64,000 nucleotides of DNA from Pecten maximus (Eukaryota). Both the position numbers and the translations under genes were made by a program. The first letter of the stretch is position 1. Every line of letters starts with the position of its first letter. The stretch is taken from NCBI RefSeq assembly GCF_902652985.1, contig NW_022982794.1, positions 1 to 64,000 of the forward strand, written 5' to 3'. The notes beneath the pieces are model-generated. The model worked only from the letters and a program-made list of their open reading frames with translations. It was not told the DNA's origin and ran no database searches. Positions 32,411 to 45,985 of this stretch are shown here, piece by piece.

Positions 32411-34523
32411 ACTATACTGCAAGAGATATAAGCGACCCCTGGTGTTTTGAGTTGTAGTGATCGTTTAATGTCAGAACACTGCGATAGGGTAGTTTTCTTA
32501 AAGTATACTGGGTATTAAAACATGTCTGTACTGTAGGCAGATAACCTGTGTATTGGGTAAAACGACATACATGTACTGTGGGCAGATACACCTGTGTATT
32601 GAGTGTCCTCCTAGTTTTACAATACATTTCTTGAATATGAAATATTGAAAGTGGCCGCCATCGGTCCTTTAAGATATAAACCTTCAGAAATTGTGGCCAT
32701 TATTACAAAATTCAGGATCTAGGGAATAAAAGGACCTCCGAGTAACGGTTATGGATGCAGGGGATTTCTTGGATGACATGTGGGGGGTCTAATATCTAGT
32801 TTTTGAGGATGGGTCAAAGCTTTAAGATGAGATGGTAAAGAGAAGGACGATTGTGGAAAATTCAGAGAAATTCTTCTGGGGGCAGAGTGGAAGGGAACTG
32901 AGATGTAAGTAAGTGATAGGTAGTTTAGGCGTCTCCGGGGACGGGTATGAATTGAGGGCAGGGAACGGATAATGAAGATTTTGCTTTTGGGGATATCGTG
33001 GCACCGGAAAAAGGACCAACATAGGACAATTTTTGGAAAAGGAGATAATTTCTTAGGACGGTTAGTGGGCACGAAAATATATTTTTCCTATTTGCTATAA
33101 AATGATGTGACTGGACCTTATTGTCAGCACACTGAGGTATGAAATACATAATTGTACATAAAAACATATTAAGCTGTAGAACAATATTCGGTCACGATGA
33201 ATCCATGCGTTCTGTTGTAATCTCAGAATGTCAACATCGAGTGACCACGCCTTTCTTCATTGTTTATATCCTTAGGACGTACACATTAAAGTTCATGTCA
33301 CTCTGTATTGTTAAATAGTTTTCTTTCTAACACGTTGTTTAACAATGAAACACAGGTTCAATGTCCGATTGTAATTGTTACACATATGGGTAAATTTTGA
33401 ATTTATGTTTGAACACAACAACAGAAATTCTTTTTAATAAATACATTATTTGATAATTTCCACATCTGTTCTGTCTTTTTTTCGAAAATGGATTTCAATG
33501 CTTGTTGTCCAGCGACCGTATCTGGACGTTTTCTTTGGCCTTCGTATTCACACGTGGTCAGGTGACCAGCAGGAAATATCATATTAACAATTGGTCTGTA
33601 AATATGATCAACGTACACAATTAACGTATTTCGTATTCTATACAAAGCATTTTGCGATGTTCTGTTACAAATACTCCCATGCGGTTTTTTGTTTCGGAAG
33701 CTCTGATGTTGGGAAATGAGATGCGCTGGCTCGATTTATAGAGCAAGTGTTAATGTCCATGTTTTGATATTGGTGTTCTTTAGTATCAAGTCGGCAAAGA
33801 AACGAACAAACGTTGATAGACGAATGCAATGAATCATTATTAATTCAAATAAAATGTATAGATGTTTTACAAAGGCATTCTGTATCGTGTAGAAGGTTTT
33901 CGATTATACATACATATTTGTAGATTTACCCTAGGTAAAACCGACATCAACGTTGCCATAACAGCCGATCAAAGTTACGATTACGAATGGATTGACAAGG
34001 TAAAATTTGGAGCCTTATACGCAGCATGCCTTTTTCGTAAAACAACATTCTTAAATCGTATTCATTGGTGTTGTTTTATCATAGCAATTGAAACAAAAGA
34101 AAACCAACAAAAGCATTTTAAAAACAACAAAAAAAAACCAATGAAACATTTTCGTGTGACGTCATCGGAATGTACAAGTTGCAACAATGTACAATAGTAT
34201 ACATTTTACATAATTAATACTTAGGAACATAATGGGTTGCAATATTTACTCAGTTGTGTTATTCAAGTTTGTAAACTCTACGCCTACCCAGACAGAATGT
34301 ATAGATCTCCCGGCTGGTATTGTGTAGACCTGCCCGGCCACTTTAGGTAAACTTACCCGACCAGTTTATTGTGCAGATGGGCGTATACGAAAAATATTCA
34401 TAACATGCAATGTAACCTTACCACCATAGTTATTAAAGACGTAGGTTGTGCAGTAGGCCGTTAAGGTAGCGATTAACGGGAATGGAGATGTTCTGGATAA
34501 TTATGAAAGTATGTACTTTGGAT

Positions 34524-35590
34524 AGATACTCCCGTGTATTCGGTAATACCAAACGTAAGTTAAGTGGGTAGATACTCCCGTGTATTCGGTAATACCAAAC
34601 GCAAGTTAAGTGGGTAGATACATTTGTGTATTCGGTAATACCAAACGTAAGTTAAGTGGGTAGATACTCCCGTGTATTCGGTAATACCAAACGTAAGTTA
34701 AGTGGGTAGATACTCCCGTGTTTTCGGTAATACCAAACGCAAGTTAAGTGGGTAGATACACTTGTGTATTCGGTAATACCAAACGTAAGTTAAGTGGGTA
34801 GATACTCCCGTGTATTCGGTAATACCAAACGTAAGTTAAGTGGGTAGATACTCCCGTGTATTCGGTAATACCAAACGTAAGTTAAGTGGGTAGATACACC
34901 CGTGTATTCGGTAATACCGAACGTAAGTTAAGTGGGTATTTACTCCCGTGTATTCGGTAATACCAAACGTAAGTTAAGTGGGTATTTACTCCCGTGTATT
35001 CGGTAATACCAAACGCAAGTTAAGTTGGTAGATACACTTGTGGATTGGGAACTCAGAGATACCTAAACTTTGGGAAAATACACCTGTGTTCAGGGTAATA
35101 TCATATGCCTGTACTGTATGTAGATATACCGGTGTATTGGGTAAAAAGACTTAAATGTACTGTTGGTAGATACACCTGTGTATTGGGTAATAAGACATAC
35201 CTGTACTGAGGGTAGATACACCTGTGTCTTGGGTTATAAGATATACCTGCACTGTGGGTAGATAACTTGTGTATTAGGTTAGAAGACATACCTGTACTGT
35301 GGGTAGATACACCTGTGTAATGGGTGATAAGACATATCTATACTGCGGGTAAATACACCTGTGTAATAAATTATGACATACCTGTACTGTTGGTAGATAT
35401 ACCTGTGTATTATGTTATAAGACATACCTGTACTGTGGGTAGATACACCTGTGTATTGGGTCATAATACATACCTGTACTGAGGTAAGATAACCTGTGTA
35501 TTGGCTTATACGATATACCTGAACTGTTGGTAGATACACCTGTGTATTGGGTTATAAGACATAGATGTACTGTGGGTAGATACACCTGTG
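34524..35590. repeat. 46-bp minisatellite: 11 copies of variant 1 followed by diverged variant 2
   Basis: agatactcccgtgtattcggtaataccaaacgtaagttaagtgggt, then agatacacctgtgtattgggttataagacatacctgtactgtgggt. Homologous arrays lie at 38245-39220, 45282-46275, 52368-53360 and 59935-60361. Confidence 0.95.
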
Positions 35591-36821
35591 TCAAGGTGTG
35601 ATTTGATTCAGAGTTGGTATATTTTTTAAAATAGAATAATCATGTGTATTCAAATCGGGGACGTATAAAGCCTTCGTTACCTATATGAACAGACGTTTGT
35701 GTATGCGTGTTTACGTGTGTGGATGTTTGTGTGTGTATATGTGAGGGTTTGTGGATGAGTGTGTAACCAGATCGACGGAATACAAACAATTTGGGTAAAT
35801 ATATGTTTAAAACACAGTTAAACAGGTGAGAAGCACATTTACTTTTTTTAATCGCTTTTCGTTAATCGACGTATCAAACATTCCTCTTCCTCTTTGCTGT
35901 CAATACTCCTCCTAGTTTTACAATACATTATTTGAGTATGTTAATAATCATAGATAATAATTCGGCTTTTAATGTCAACATCGAGCGAACACGCTTCTCC
36001 TTATTCTCTCTGTCCCGGGTCTGTAAACACTAACGTTTATGTCTCTGCTTGCTTTGTCAAATCGCTTTCTTTCGAACCTTCTGCGTTTCAATGAAACACT
36101 TGTTAAATGTCTGATTGTATTTGTTAATTCAGATTTCTAAACTCTGCACGCTTACCGCGCCATAAAGTGTAGACATGCCGACTACTTGGCCTACCTAACC
36201 AGTTTCTGTAAACTAACCTGGCCACCGTCGTATTGTTGATACAGATGTACACAGAAAAAATCAGTTACCAATCGTGTAACCTTTGCAACAGTGATAACAA
36301 AGCAGAAAATTGTGCAACAAACCGTGAAGGTAGTGATTAACGTCATCGGGGTTTAAATACCTGTATTTAATCATTCAGTTGGTATCTTATCTTTTTTTCG
36401 TATTAGGTTCTCTATCGTGGATATATGAATCTTGTGTGTGTATGATATGTAACATATTTTGGGGTAACAACGAAAACCTTACTTTGGTGCGATACATGAG
36501 TGTATTTGGTTATATTACATACCTGTATTGTAGACGGAGGGGTCACGAGTTGTAATGGTAATAAAGGACATTCTGGATTGGAAGAGGGTATGGAAAGGGA
36601 GAAAACTAGAGTTGAAGTGGGAATAAAGGGCACTCTAGAGTGGGAGAGAGCATGAAAAGGGAGGGGACAAGAGTTGTAGGTGGACATAAATGTAACCCTA
36701 GAGGAGTAGAGGTATGCAAGGTTGTTCTTTTTAATTCAATTTGTGTGCTACTGGACAATATCCTGAACCTTTACCAACTGGTTATTGTGAAGAAGTAATT
36801 GAAAGATTTAACACCTTATCA

Positions 36822-37321
36822 NNNNNNNNNNNNNNNNNNNNNNNNNNNNNNNNNNNNNNNNNNNNNNNNNNNNNNNNNNNNNNNNNNNNNNNNNNNNNNN
36901 NNNNNNNNNNNNNNNNNNNNNNNNNNNNNNNNNNNNNNNNNNNNNNNNNNNNNNNNNNNNNNNNNNNNNNNNNNNNNNNNNNNNNNNNNNNNNNNNNNNN
37001 NNNNNNNNNNNNNNNNNNNNNNNNNNNNNNNNNNNNNNNNNNNNNNNNNNNNNNNNNNNNNNNNNNNNNNNNNNNNNNNNNNNNNNNNNNNNNNNNNNNN
37101 NNNNNNNNNNNNNNNNNNNNNNNNNNNNNNNNNNNNNNNNNNNNNNNNNNNNNNNNNNNNNNNNNNNNNNNNNNNNNNNNNNNNNNNNNNNNNNNNNNNN
37201 NNNNNNNNNNNNNNNNNNNNNNNNNNNNNNNNNNNNNNNNNNNNNNNNNNNNNNNNNNNNNNNNNNNNNNNNNNNNNNNNNNNNNNNNNNNNNNNNNNNN
37301 NNNNNNNNNNNNNNNNNNNNN
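36822..37321. other. Assembly gap (500 N)
   Basis: Run of 500 n. Confidence 1.
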
Positions 37322-40300
37322 AATATGATCAACGCACACAATTAACGTATTTCGTATTCTATACAAAGCATTTTGCGATGTTCTGTTACAAATACTCCCA
37401 TGCGGTTTTTTGTTTCGGAAGCTCTGATTTTGGGAAATGAGATGCGCTGGCTCGATTTATAGAGCAAGTGTTAATGTCCATGTTTTGATATTGGTGTTCT
37501 TTAGTATCAAGTCGGCAAAGAAACGAACAAACGTTGATAGACGAATGCAATGAATCATTATTAATTCAAATAAAATGTATAGATGTTTTACAAAGGCATT
37601 CTGTATCGTGTAGAAGGTTTTCGATTATACATACATATTTGTAGATTTACTCTAGGTAAAACCGACATCAACGTTGCCATAACAGCCGATCAAAGTTACG
37701 ATTACGAATGGATTGACAAGGTAAAATTTGGAGCCTTATACGCAGCATGCCTTTTTCGTAAAACAACATTCTTAAATCGTATTCATTGGTGTTGTTTTAT
37801 CATAGCAATTGAAACAAAAGAAAACCAACAAAAGCATTTAAAAAAAAACAACAAAAAAACAATGAAACATTTTCGTGTGACGTCATCGGAATGTACAAGT
37901 TGCAACAATGTACAATAGTATACATTTTACATAATTAATACTTAGGAACATAATGGGTTGCAATATTTACTCAGTTGTGTTATTCAAGTTTGTAAACTCT
38001 ACGCCTACCCAGACAGAATGTATAGATCTCCCGGCTGGTATTGTGTAGACCTGCCCGGCCACTTTAGGTAAACTTACCCGACCAGTTTATTGTGCAGATG
38101 GGCGTATACGAAAAATATTCATAACATGCAATGTAACCTTACCACCATAGTTATTAAAGACGTAGATTGTGCAGTAGGCCGTTAAGGTAGCGATTAACGG
38201 GGATGGAGATGCTCTGGATAATTATGAAAGTATGTACTTTGGATAGATACTCCCGTGTATTCGGTAATACCAAACGTAAGTTAAGTGGGTAGATACTCCC
38301 GTGTTTTCGGTAATACCAAACGCAAGTTAAGTGGGTAGATACACTTGTGTATTCGGTAATACCAAACGTAAGTTAAGTGGGTAGATACTCCCGTGTATTC
38401 GGTAATACCAAACGTAAGTTAAGTGGGTAGATACTCCCGTGTATTCGGTAATACCAAACGTAAGTTAAGTGGGTAGATACACCCGTGTATTCGGTAATAC
38501 CGAACGTAAGTTAAGTGGGTAGTTACTCCCGTGTATTCGGTAATACCAAACGTAAGTTAAGTGGGTAGACAATCCCGTGTATTCGGTAATACCGAACGTA
38601 AGTTAAGTGGGTAGTTACTCCCGTGTATTCGGTAATACCAAACGCAAGTTAAGTTGGTAGATACACTTGTGGATTGGGAACTCAGAGATACCTAAACTTT
38701 GGGAAAATACACCTGTGTTCAGGGTAATATCATATGCCTGTACTGTATGTAGATATACCGGTGTATTGGGTAAAAAGACTTAAATGTACTGTTGGTAGAT
38801 ACACCTGTGTATTGGGTAATAAGACATACCTGTACTGAGGGTAGATACACCTGTGTCTTGGGTTATAAGATATACCTGCACTGTGGGTAGATAACTTGTG
38901 TATTAGGTTAGAAGACATACCTGTACTGTGGGTAGATACACCTGTGTAATGGGTGATAAGACATATCTATACTGCGGGTAAATACACCTGTGTAATAAAT
39001 TATGACATACCTGTACTGTTGGTAGATATACCTGTGTATTATGTTATAAGACATACCTGTACTGTGGGTAGATACACCTGTGTATTGGGTCATAATACAT
39101 ACCTGTACTGAGGTAAGATAACCTGTGTATTGGGTTATACGATATACCTGAACTGTTGGTAGATACACCTGTGTATTGGGTTATAAGACATACATGTACT
39201 GTGGGTAGATACACCTGTGTCAAGGTGTGATTTGATTCAGAGTTGGTATATTTTTTAAAATAGAATAATCATGTGTATTCAAATCGGGGACGTATACAGC
39301 CTTCGTTACCTATATGAACAGACGTTTGTGTATGCGTGTTTACGTGTGTGGATGCTTGTGTGTGTATATGTGAGGGTTTGTGGATGAGTGTGTAACCAGA
39401 TCGACGGAATACAAACAATTTGGGTAAATATATGTTTAAAACACAGTTAAACAGGTGAGAAGCACATTTACTTTTTTTAATCGCTTTTCGTTAATCGACG
39501 TATCAAACATTCCTGTTCCTCTTTGCTCTCAATACTCCTCCTAGTTTTACAATACATTATTTGAGTATGTTAATAATCATAGATAATAATTCGGCTTTTA
39601 ATGTCAACATCGAGCGAACACGCCTCTCCTTATTCTCTCTGTCCCGGGTCTGTAAACACTAACGTTTATGTCTCTGCTTGCTTTGTCAAATCGCTTTCTT
39701 TCGAACCTTCTGCGTTTCAATAAAACACTTGTTAAATGTCTGATTGTATTTGTTAATTCAGATTTCTAAACTCTGCACACTTACCCAGCCATAAAGTGTA
39801 GACATGCCGACTACTTGGCCTACCTAACCAGTTTCTGTAAACTAACCTGGCTACCGTCGTATTGTTGATACAGATGTACACAGAAAATATCAGTTACCAA
39901 TCGTGTAACCTTTGCAACAGTGATAACAAAGCAGAAAATTGTGCAACAAACCGTGAAGGTAGTGATTAACGTCATCGGGGTTTAAATACCTGTATTTAAT
40001 CATTCAGTTGGTATCTTATCTTTTTTTCGTATTAGGTACTCTATCGTGGATATATGAATCTTGTGTGTGTATGATATGTAACATATTTTGGGGTAACAAC
40101 GAAAACCTTACTTTGGTGCGATACATGAGTGTATTAGGTTATATTACATACCTGTATTGTAGACGGAGGGATTACGAGTTGTAATGGTAATAAAGGACAT
40201 CCTAGATTGGGAGAGGGTATGGAAAGGGAGAAAACTAGAGTTGAAGTGGGAATAAAGGGCACGCTAGAGTGGGAGAGAGCATGAAAAGGGAGGGGACAAG

Positions 40301-42419
40301 AGTTGTAGGTGGACATAAATGTAACACTAGAGGAGTAGAGGTATGCAAGGTTGTTCTTTTTAATTCAATTTGTGTGCTACTGGACAATATCCTGAACCTT
40401 TACCAACTGGTTATTGTGAAGAAGTAATTGAAAGATTTAAACACATCTGATCCAGGTCAAAGAAATTGATATCAACAAACTTGGTAGCCCTTTCATCCCA
40501 GCATCCTACTGGACAAATTCTATCAACTTTATTTTTTAGGTTACTGCGAAGAGTTTATACAAATTATACGTATAACAAATTATATCCCTGTTAAAGTATG
40601 TCAAGGTCAAGGCCAAATAGGTCAATGGCTTATCTGTATTGAGTCTTTTTCACCTGTATTAACTTTTTATCTTTTCTGGAATCTGAAAGGTAAATTATAT
40701 TTAGGTGAAAGTGTTGACTCTAATATAACCATAATGAGAGTGTTTTACCATTACTTCTGATTATCCAGGTGAAAAATACAGGCTCTGTGGGCTTCTTTAA
40801 ATTATTTACCGGTTCACTTGTTATAGTAATTATATGATACTTACCTCAAAAATATGATGATCTTGTATATGAATTCTTTAAAAACTGGTGGTCGAGTATA
40901 AGTGATGATTCTAAAAGCCAAAGCTCTTAATTTTCTTTATACACAGGTAGAATTGAATTTAATCAGTGATTCTATAAGCCAGAGTTATTGTCTTTATACA
41001 CAGGTAGAATTGAATTCAGTCAGTGATTCTATATGAAGTGGACTCATAGCGATCCTTAAACAGGTGGTCGTATGCATATCTTCTAACATGTCTGTGTTTA
41101 AGGGTGTAAACAATGGTGTTATGGAGACATGGGGGAATTTCCAGTGACGTACAATCTCAAAACAACCAATGGTTATTTGTTAAATATTCACATGACGCAT
41201 CATGTGTCTTGGTGACACAGAACTTTGATATATGCATTGCATTTCAGTACTTGGAACCCTATGTAACACAATACTGCACTCATGTCAGCTTGATATAATA
41301 TGGTAATCACATGATATCAGGCATACAGAATAAAATAACATTGACTGGGCCACACAAAAGATTTAATTTGAAAAAGATTTAAATGGGTATTGGACGTCTT
41401 CCATTGATTACAAACAATATATATTGATGTACATTTAAATGATCTGTAGAGTTGTAGAGCCCCTGGGTATGGACGGAAGGGGACCATTGAGTGGTAGGGG
41501 TATTGAAGAGGGGACTTTAAACAGATAGTGGTATGGAAGGGGTGGGGCCATAGGATGGTAGAGGGTGTGTAGGGAGTGGGCACAATAAATTTAAAGGATA
41601 TAGAGGACGTGGGACCCAACAGTGTCAGGGGGGTGAAAATGGTATTAAGGGTATAAAGGGGATTACCTAGCTGAAACACACTAGTCATAACACAAGCACT
41701 ATGAAACTCGGGAACGGAACCGATAGCCAAATTATCCTAGACCTTGCCGTGACACTGTACGACTAACATAGATCAAGGAGTCTTATTCTGTCACTTTTGT
41801 CTCTCTGTGTTAGAACACACAAGTTTCAAAACAACGTTTAACTTTCAAGTTTGAATGATCCTGATTGTACCTGTGTGACACATGAAGTAACACGCGACAC
41901 GTGATCATGTGAACTGTTTGTAATATTTGATGTTATGTACTGTTTAAGGAAAGTACTTCATGAATTGGGACAATTCGTGACCAATCAAATGAAGTTGGAT
42001 GTCGATCACATGATCTGCAGAATATGTCTTCATTGGGGGAATACAGCTCTTATCTTATTTGTTTCAGAAATAAACTTGCCGAGATGGCTTGTGTATCAGG
42101 GCTTTGACATGTGATGTGTGACCATTTCAAGAATTAAGTAATTTGAACTGACTTCCAGTTATTTGTTTCCACGAGAGATCATGCAGATCTCGCCTTGTAG
42201 CACATGAGATTTCCAACAGACCGCCTCTACTGGGAGCACACGACTATTTTCGCGGAATACAAGTTCACAGTTCAAGGTGTATACTATTGAATGGAGATAT
42301 AGCTTATACACGCGGAATCGTTAGGGTGCGATGACATGTGCTCTTATAATGTCATTGTTAAAAGCATACACAGTGAACGAGCACAGAACGAAGGTCAGTT
42401 TCAATCGAAAATGTTATCT

Positions 42420-43890
42420 ATTTGCCAGTGGGCCGGCTAAAGGTTGCGGTTAAAAGGGGCCTAATGAGGCTGTGCTAATTATGATAAAAGACGGGTACAA
42501 AATACATTTCTAAACATACAGCAGATATAGCAAACAATAAATTGGCCAGAGACAACAGATATTTTGTTGAGAAGGAGATTGATAAAGTTGATGAGTAAAG
42601 GGCAAAGCATGTTAGAGACCTGAATGGAGTAAAGCTAAAGAATGGGATTATATAGTTTACAGTATGTGCAGATGTTCCAAATGAAGACTATGTTGGCTAT
42701 GTCGATCAAAGAAAGAACTCTGAGGTTTTTGGCACCTGGTCAGAAGTTAAAAGGTAAAAGCTCTACATGGATCGAGCTCGAGACTGTAAATAAAATATTA
42801 CGGTCTAAAAAGCAAAGTGTACAACGGTACAAAGACATCAAAAATGTGGTTAGCATTATAGAGAAAGGCAGCAAAAATCAGGAGTTGCAAGAGATAGCAC
42901 CATGTATCAATGATTCATGTCTGAGAAATTTTATCAATGTAGACACTGCATGGATTTCTAGAAATAACAATGAAGATCACCTTAGCAGGTATGTGGATAG
43001 TAATGGTTGATGTATAGAGGGATATGTTTACAGAGAGTTATATACAGATTAGGGAAAGCATTCTGTTGATAGGTTTGTTAATAATTCAAATGCAAAATGT
43101 TAGGGATTTACTTCCAGATAGTGGACGCCAGGCAGAAATGGTGTTATTATTTCAAACAGCCATGGGGTCACGAGACCATCTGGTGGGTGGAACCAACTAG
43201 AATAATTTGTTAAACAGTGTACAAAATTATCATATATAAAGCGAGAAACTCTGCTAATTCCAATGTGGAAAACTCCTTTTTGGCCTAAAAATGGTATGTG
43301 TATGCCATTTCTAAAAAAAAAAAAAAAAAAAACCAGAATATACGGATCTTGCACTGTGACGAAAAGCAATGACAATAATGGTAATTTTGGAAATCTGTTG
43401 AAATTGAGGAAGATTCTTCAAGTACATTCAAAGGACCTACAGAATATTTGTGTGTCTATTTTATTCAAATCAGCTCAAAGACAAAACAATAGTTCTGTGA
43501 TAAATGTAACTTTAGGACATTTTTTTTGTTTATGTGAAAAGTATGACTGTACAAAAGATGTGGTGATTTGTCTTTGATTGTGGTATGGATTTTTTTGCTA
43601 GATCTTTTAGGTTTGACGATATCAGTTCTTTAAAATGTGTAAATGCTACTTTTGGAGAAACAAATGATTGTCTATAGACAAGGTTATTTAGTGCTAATTT
43701 TGCAAGGAGAGGCAGACACTTATCCTATTGAGATATAAGGAGATACATTGAGGAGTCGGATATCGGTTTAGAGTCAAAGTCACTTTGTTAAGGACTGTTT
43801 ATCGGTATGGGAAGAAGTGTGGTCATATTGACAATGCTAAGTCTATTTCATATACCAGAGCAAGAGAGACAATCGTCACCAGATCGATAG
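42420..43890 (+). mobile_element. Decayed, internally deleted DIRS-order (tyrosine recombinase) retrotransposon, copy 1
   Basis: Pol N-terminus PVGRLK...IKDGYKIHF. RNase H KSSTWIELETV...KNVVSIIEKGS...WISRNNNE.DHLSR. Downstream methyltransferase-like segment HSVDRFV..NAKC*GFTSR*WTPG...LLIPMWKTPFWP. YR fragments FRFDDISSLKC (43606) and ISYTRARETIV (43845). Multiple stops and frameshifts. Confidence 0.85.
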
Positions 43891-45795
43891 ACGACGAATA
43901 TCTTAATAATACGACATACCTGTACTGTGGGTAGAGACACATGTGTATTTGTTAATAGAACATACCTGTCCTGCTGATAGATACACTCATATATTTGTTT
44001 GAGGATATGAGTGTACTTTTGCTATTTATCGAAATGTGAATTGATTCAGAGTTCTTATGTTTTGAAATGACATAATTATCCTGTTAATTGAGATCAGGGA
44101 CTATAGCAATTAATATCATTATACATTCTCGTTGTGATGAATCAAGCTGTTGAAAAGTAACATGGACAAAGCAGGATAACGTTTGTCGTTAGCTCCTGCA
44201 CCAGTATGTCAACATCGAGTGACCACGCCTCTTTTCATTGTTTATTTCCCCAGGACGTACACATTAAAGTGCAGGTCAATGTGTTTGTATTATCAAATCG
44301 TTTCCTTTCTAACACGTTTAATAACAATGAAATACAAGTGTAATGTCCGCTTGTAATTGTTACGCATATGGGTTAATGTTGAGTTAATGATTGATTTTTG
44401 AAAGAATGTACAGCATTTTGCAATGTTCTCTAACAAATACTATCACGTTCTTTTCTGTTTCAGAAGAACTGATTTTGGGAAATGAGATGCGCTGGCACGA
44501 TTTATAGAGCAAGTGTCAATGTCCATGTTTTGATATTAGAGCTCTTCAGTATTTTGTCGGCAAAGAAACGAACAAACGTTGATATACAAATATGTAATGA
44601 ATCATTATTAATTCAAATAAAATTTGTAGATGATTTACAGAGGCATTATGTATCGTGTAGAAGGTTTTCGATTATACATATGAATTTGCAGATTTACCAT
44701 AGGTAAAACCGACATCAACGTTGCCATAACAGCCGATCAGAGCTACGATTACGAACGGGTGGACAAGGTAAAAGTTGGAGCCTTATACGCAGCAAGGCGT
44801 TTTTCGTTAAACTACATTCTTAAATCGTGTTGATTGGTGTTGTTTTATCATAGCAATTGAAACAAAAGAAAACCAACAAGAGCATTTTTAAAACAACAAC
44901 AAAAAACCACAATGAAACATGTTTGTGTGACGTCATCGGAATGTACAAGTTGCAACAATATACAATAGTATATATTTCACATAATTACTACTGAGCAACA
45001 TAATGGGTTGCAATATTAACCCAATTGCATAATTCAAGTTCGTAAACTTTACGCCTACCCAGACTGAATTTATAAATCTCCCGTCTGGTATTGTTTTTAC
45101 CTGCCCGGCCACTTTAGGTAAACTTACCCGACCAGATGGGCGTATACGGAAAATATTAATAACAGGCAATGTAACCTTCCCACTGTAGTGATTAAAGACG
45201 TAGATTGTGCAGTAGGCCGTTAAGGTAGCGATTAACGTCAATGGAGATTTTTTTGATGATTATGAAAGTATGTACTTTGGATAGATACTCCCGTGTATTC
45301 GGTAATACCAAACGCAAGTTAAGTGGGTAGCTACACTTGTGGAATGGGTAATATCATATGCCTGTACTGTATGTAGATATACCGGTGTATTGGGTGAAAA
45401 GACTTAAATGTACTGTTGGTAGATACACCTGTGTATTGGGTACTAAGACATACCTCTACTGTGGGTAGATACACCTGTGTGTTCGGTTATAAGAAATACC
45501 TGTACTGAGGGTAGATGCACCTGTGTCTTGGGTTATAAGATATACCTGCACTGTGGGTAGATACACATGTGTGTTTGGTTATTAGATATACCGGTACTGT
45601 GGGTAGATACGTCTGTGTATTGAGTTATAAGACATACCTGTACTATGGGTAGATATACCTGTGTGTTTGGTAATAAGACTTACCTGCATTGAGGGTAGAT
45701 AACCTGTGTATTGGGTTATAAGATGTACCTGCACTGAGGGTAGATACACCTCTGTAATGAGTTATAAGAGATACCTGTACTGTGGGTAGATACAT

Positions 45796-45985
45796 CGACA
45801 CTTTATCACTAGCCCTCCACCACTGGGTTGCGAGTTCGAGACCTACGTGGGGCAGTTGCCAGGTACTGACCGTAGGCCGGTGGTTTTTCTCCGGGTACTC
45901 CGGCTTTCCTCCACCTCCAAAACCTGGCACGTCCTTAAATGACCCTGGCTGTTAATAGGACGTTAAATAAAACAAACAAACCAAA
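45796..45985 (+). mobile_element. 5'-truncated tRNA-derived SINE with V-domain-like core, copy 1
   Basis: B-box gagttcgagacc, core ggtttttctccgggtactccggctttcctcc, an (A)/(CAAA) tail and an 8-bp TSD agataca(t/c), inserted in the 46-bp array. Confidence 0.85.

Noticed and set aside
33228-33380. Cadherin-like reading of segment alpha on the minus strand (TLxCTxxG...SLDVDI)
   Set aside because: Contains stops, is too short, and lies on the opposite strand from the other exon-like candidate; not supportable without a profile search.
34524-35590. 46-bp, 16-bp, 71-bp and 74-bp arrays as CRISPR-like loci
   Set aside because: Units are contiguous tandem copies with no unique spacers, there are no cas genes, and the context is eukaryotic.
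36741-37440. Four long ORFs (177-213 aa) in the ORF track
   Set aside because: Artefacts of translating through the 500-N gap.
45826-45845. tRNA gene suggested by a B-box
   Set aside because: No A-box or cloverleaf; it is the head remnant of a SINE.
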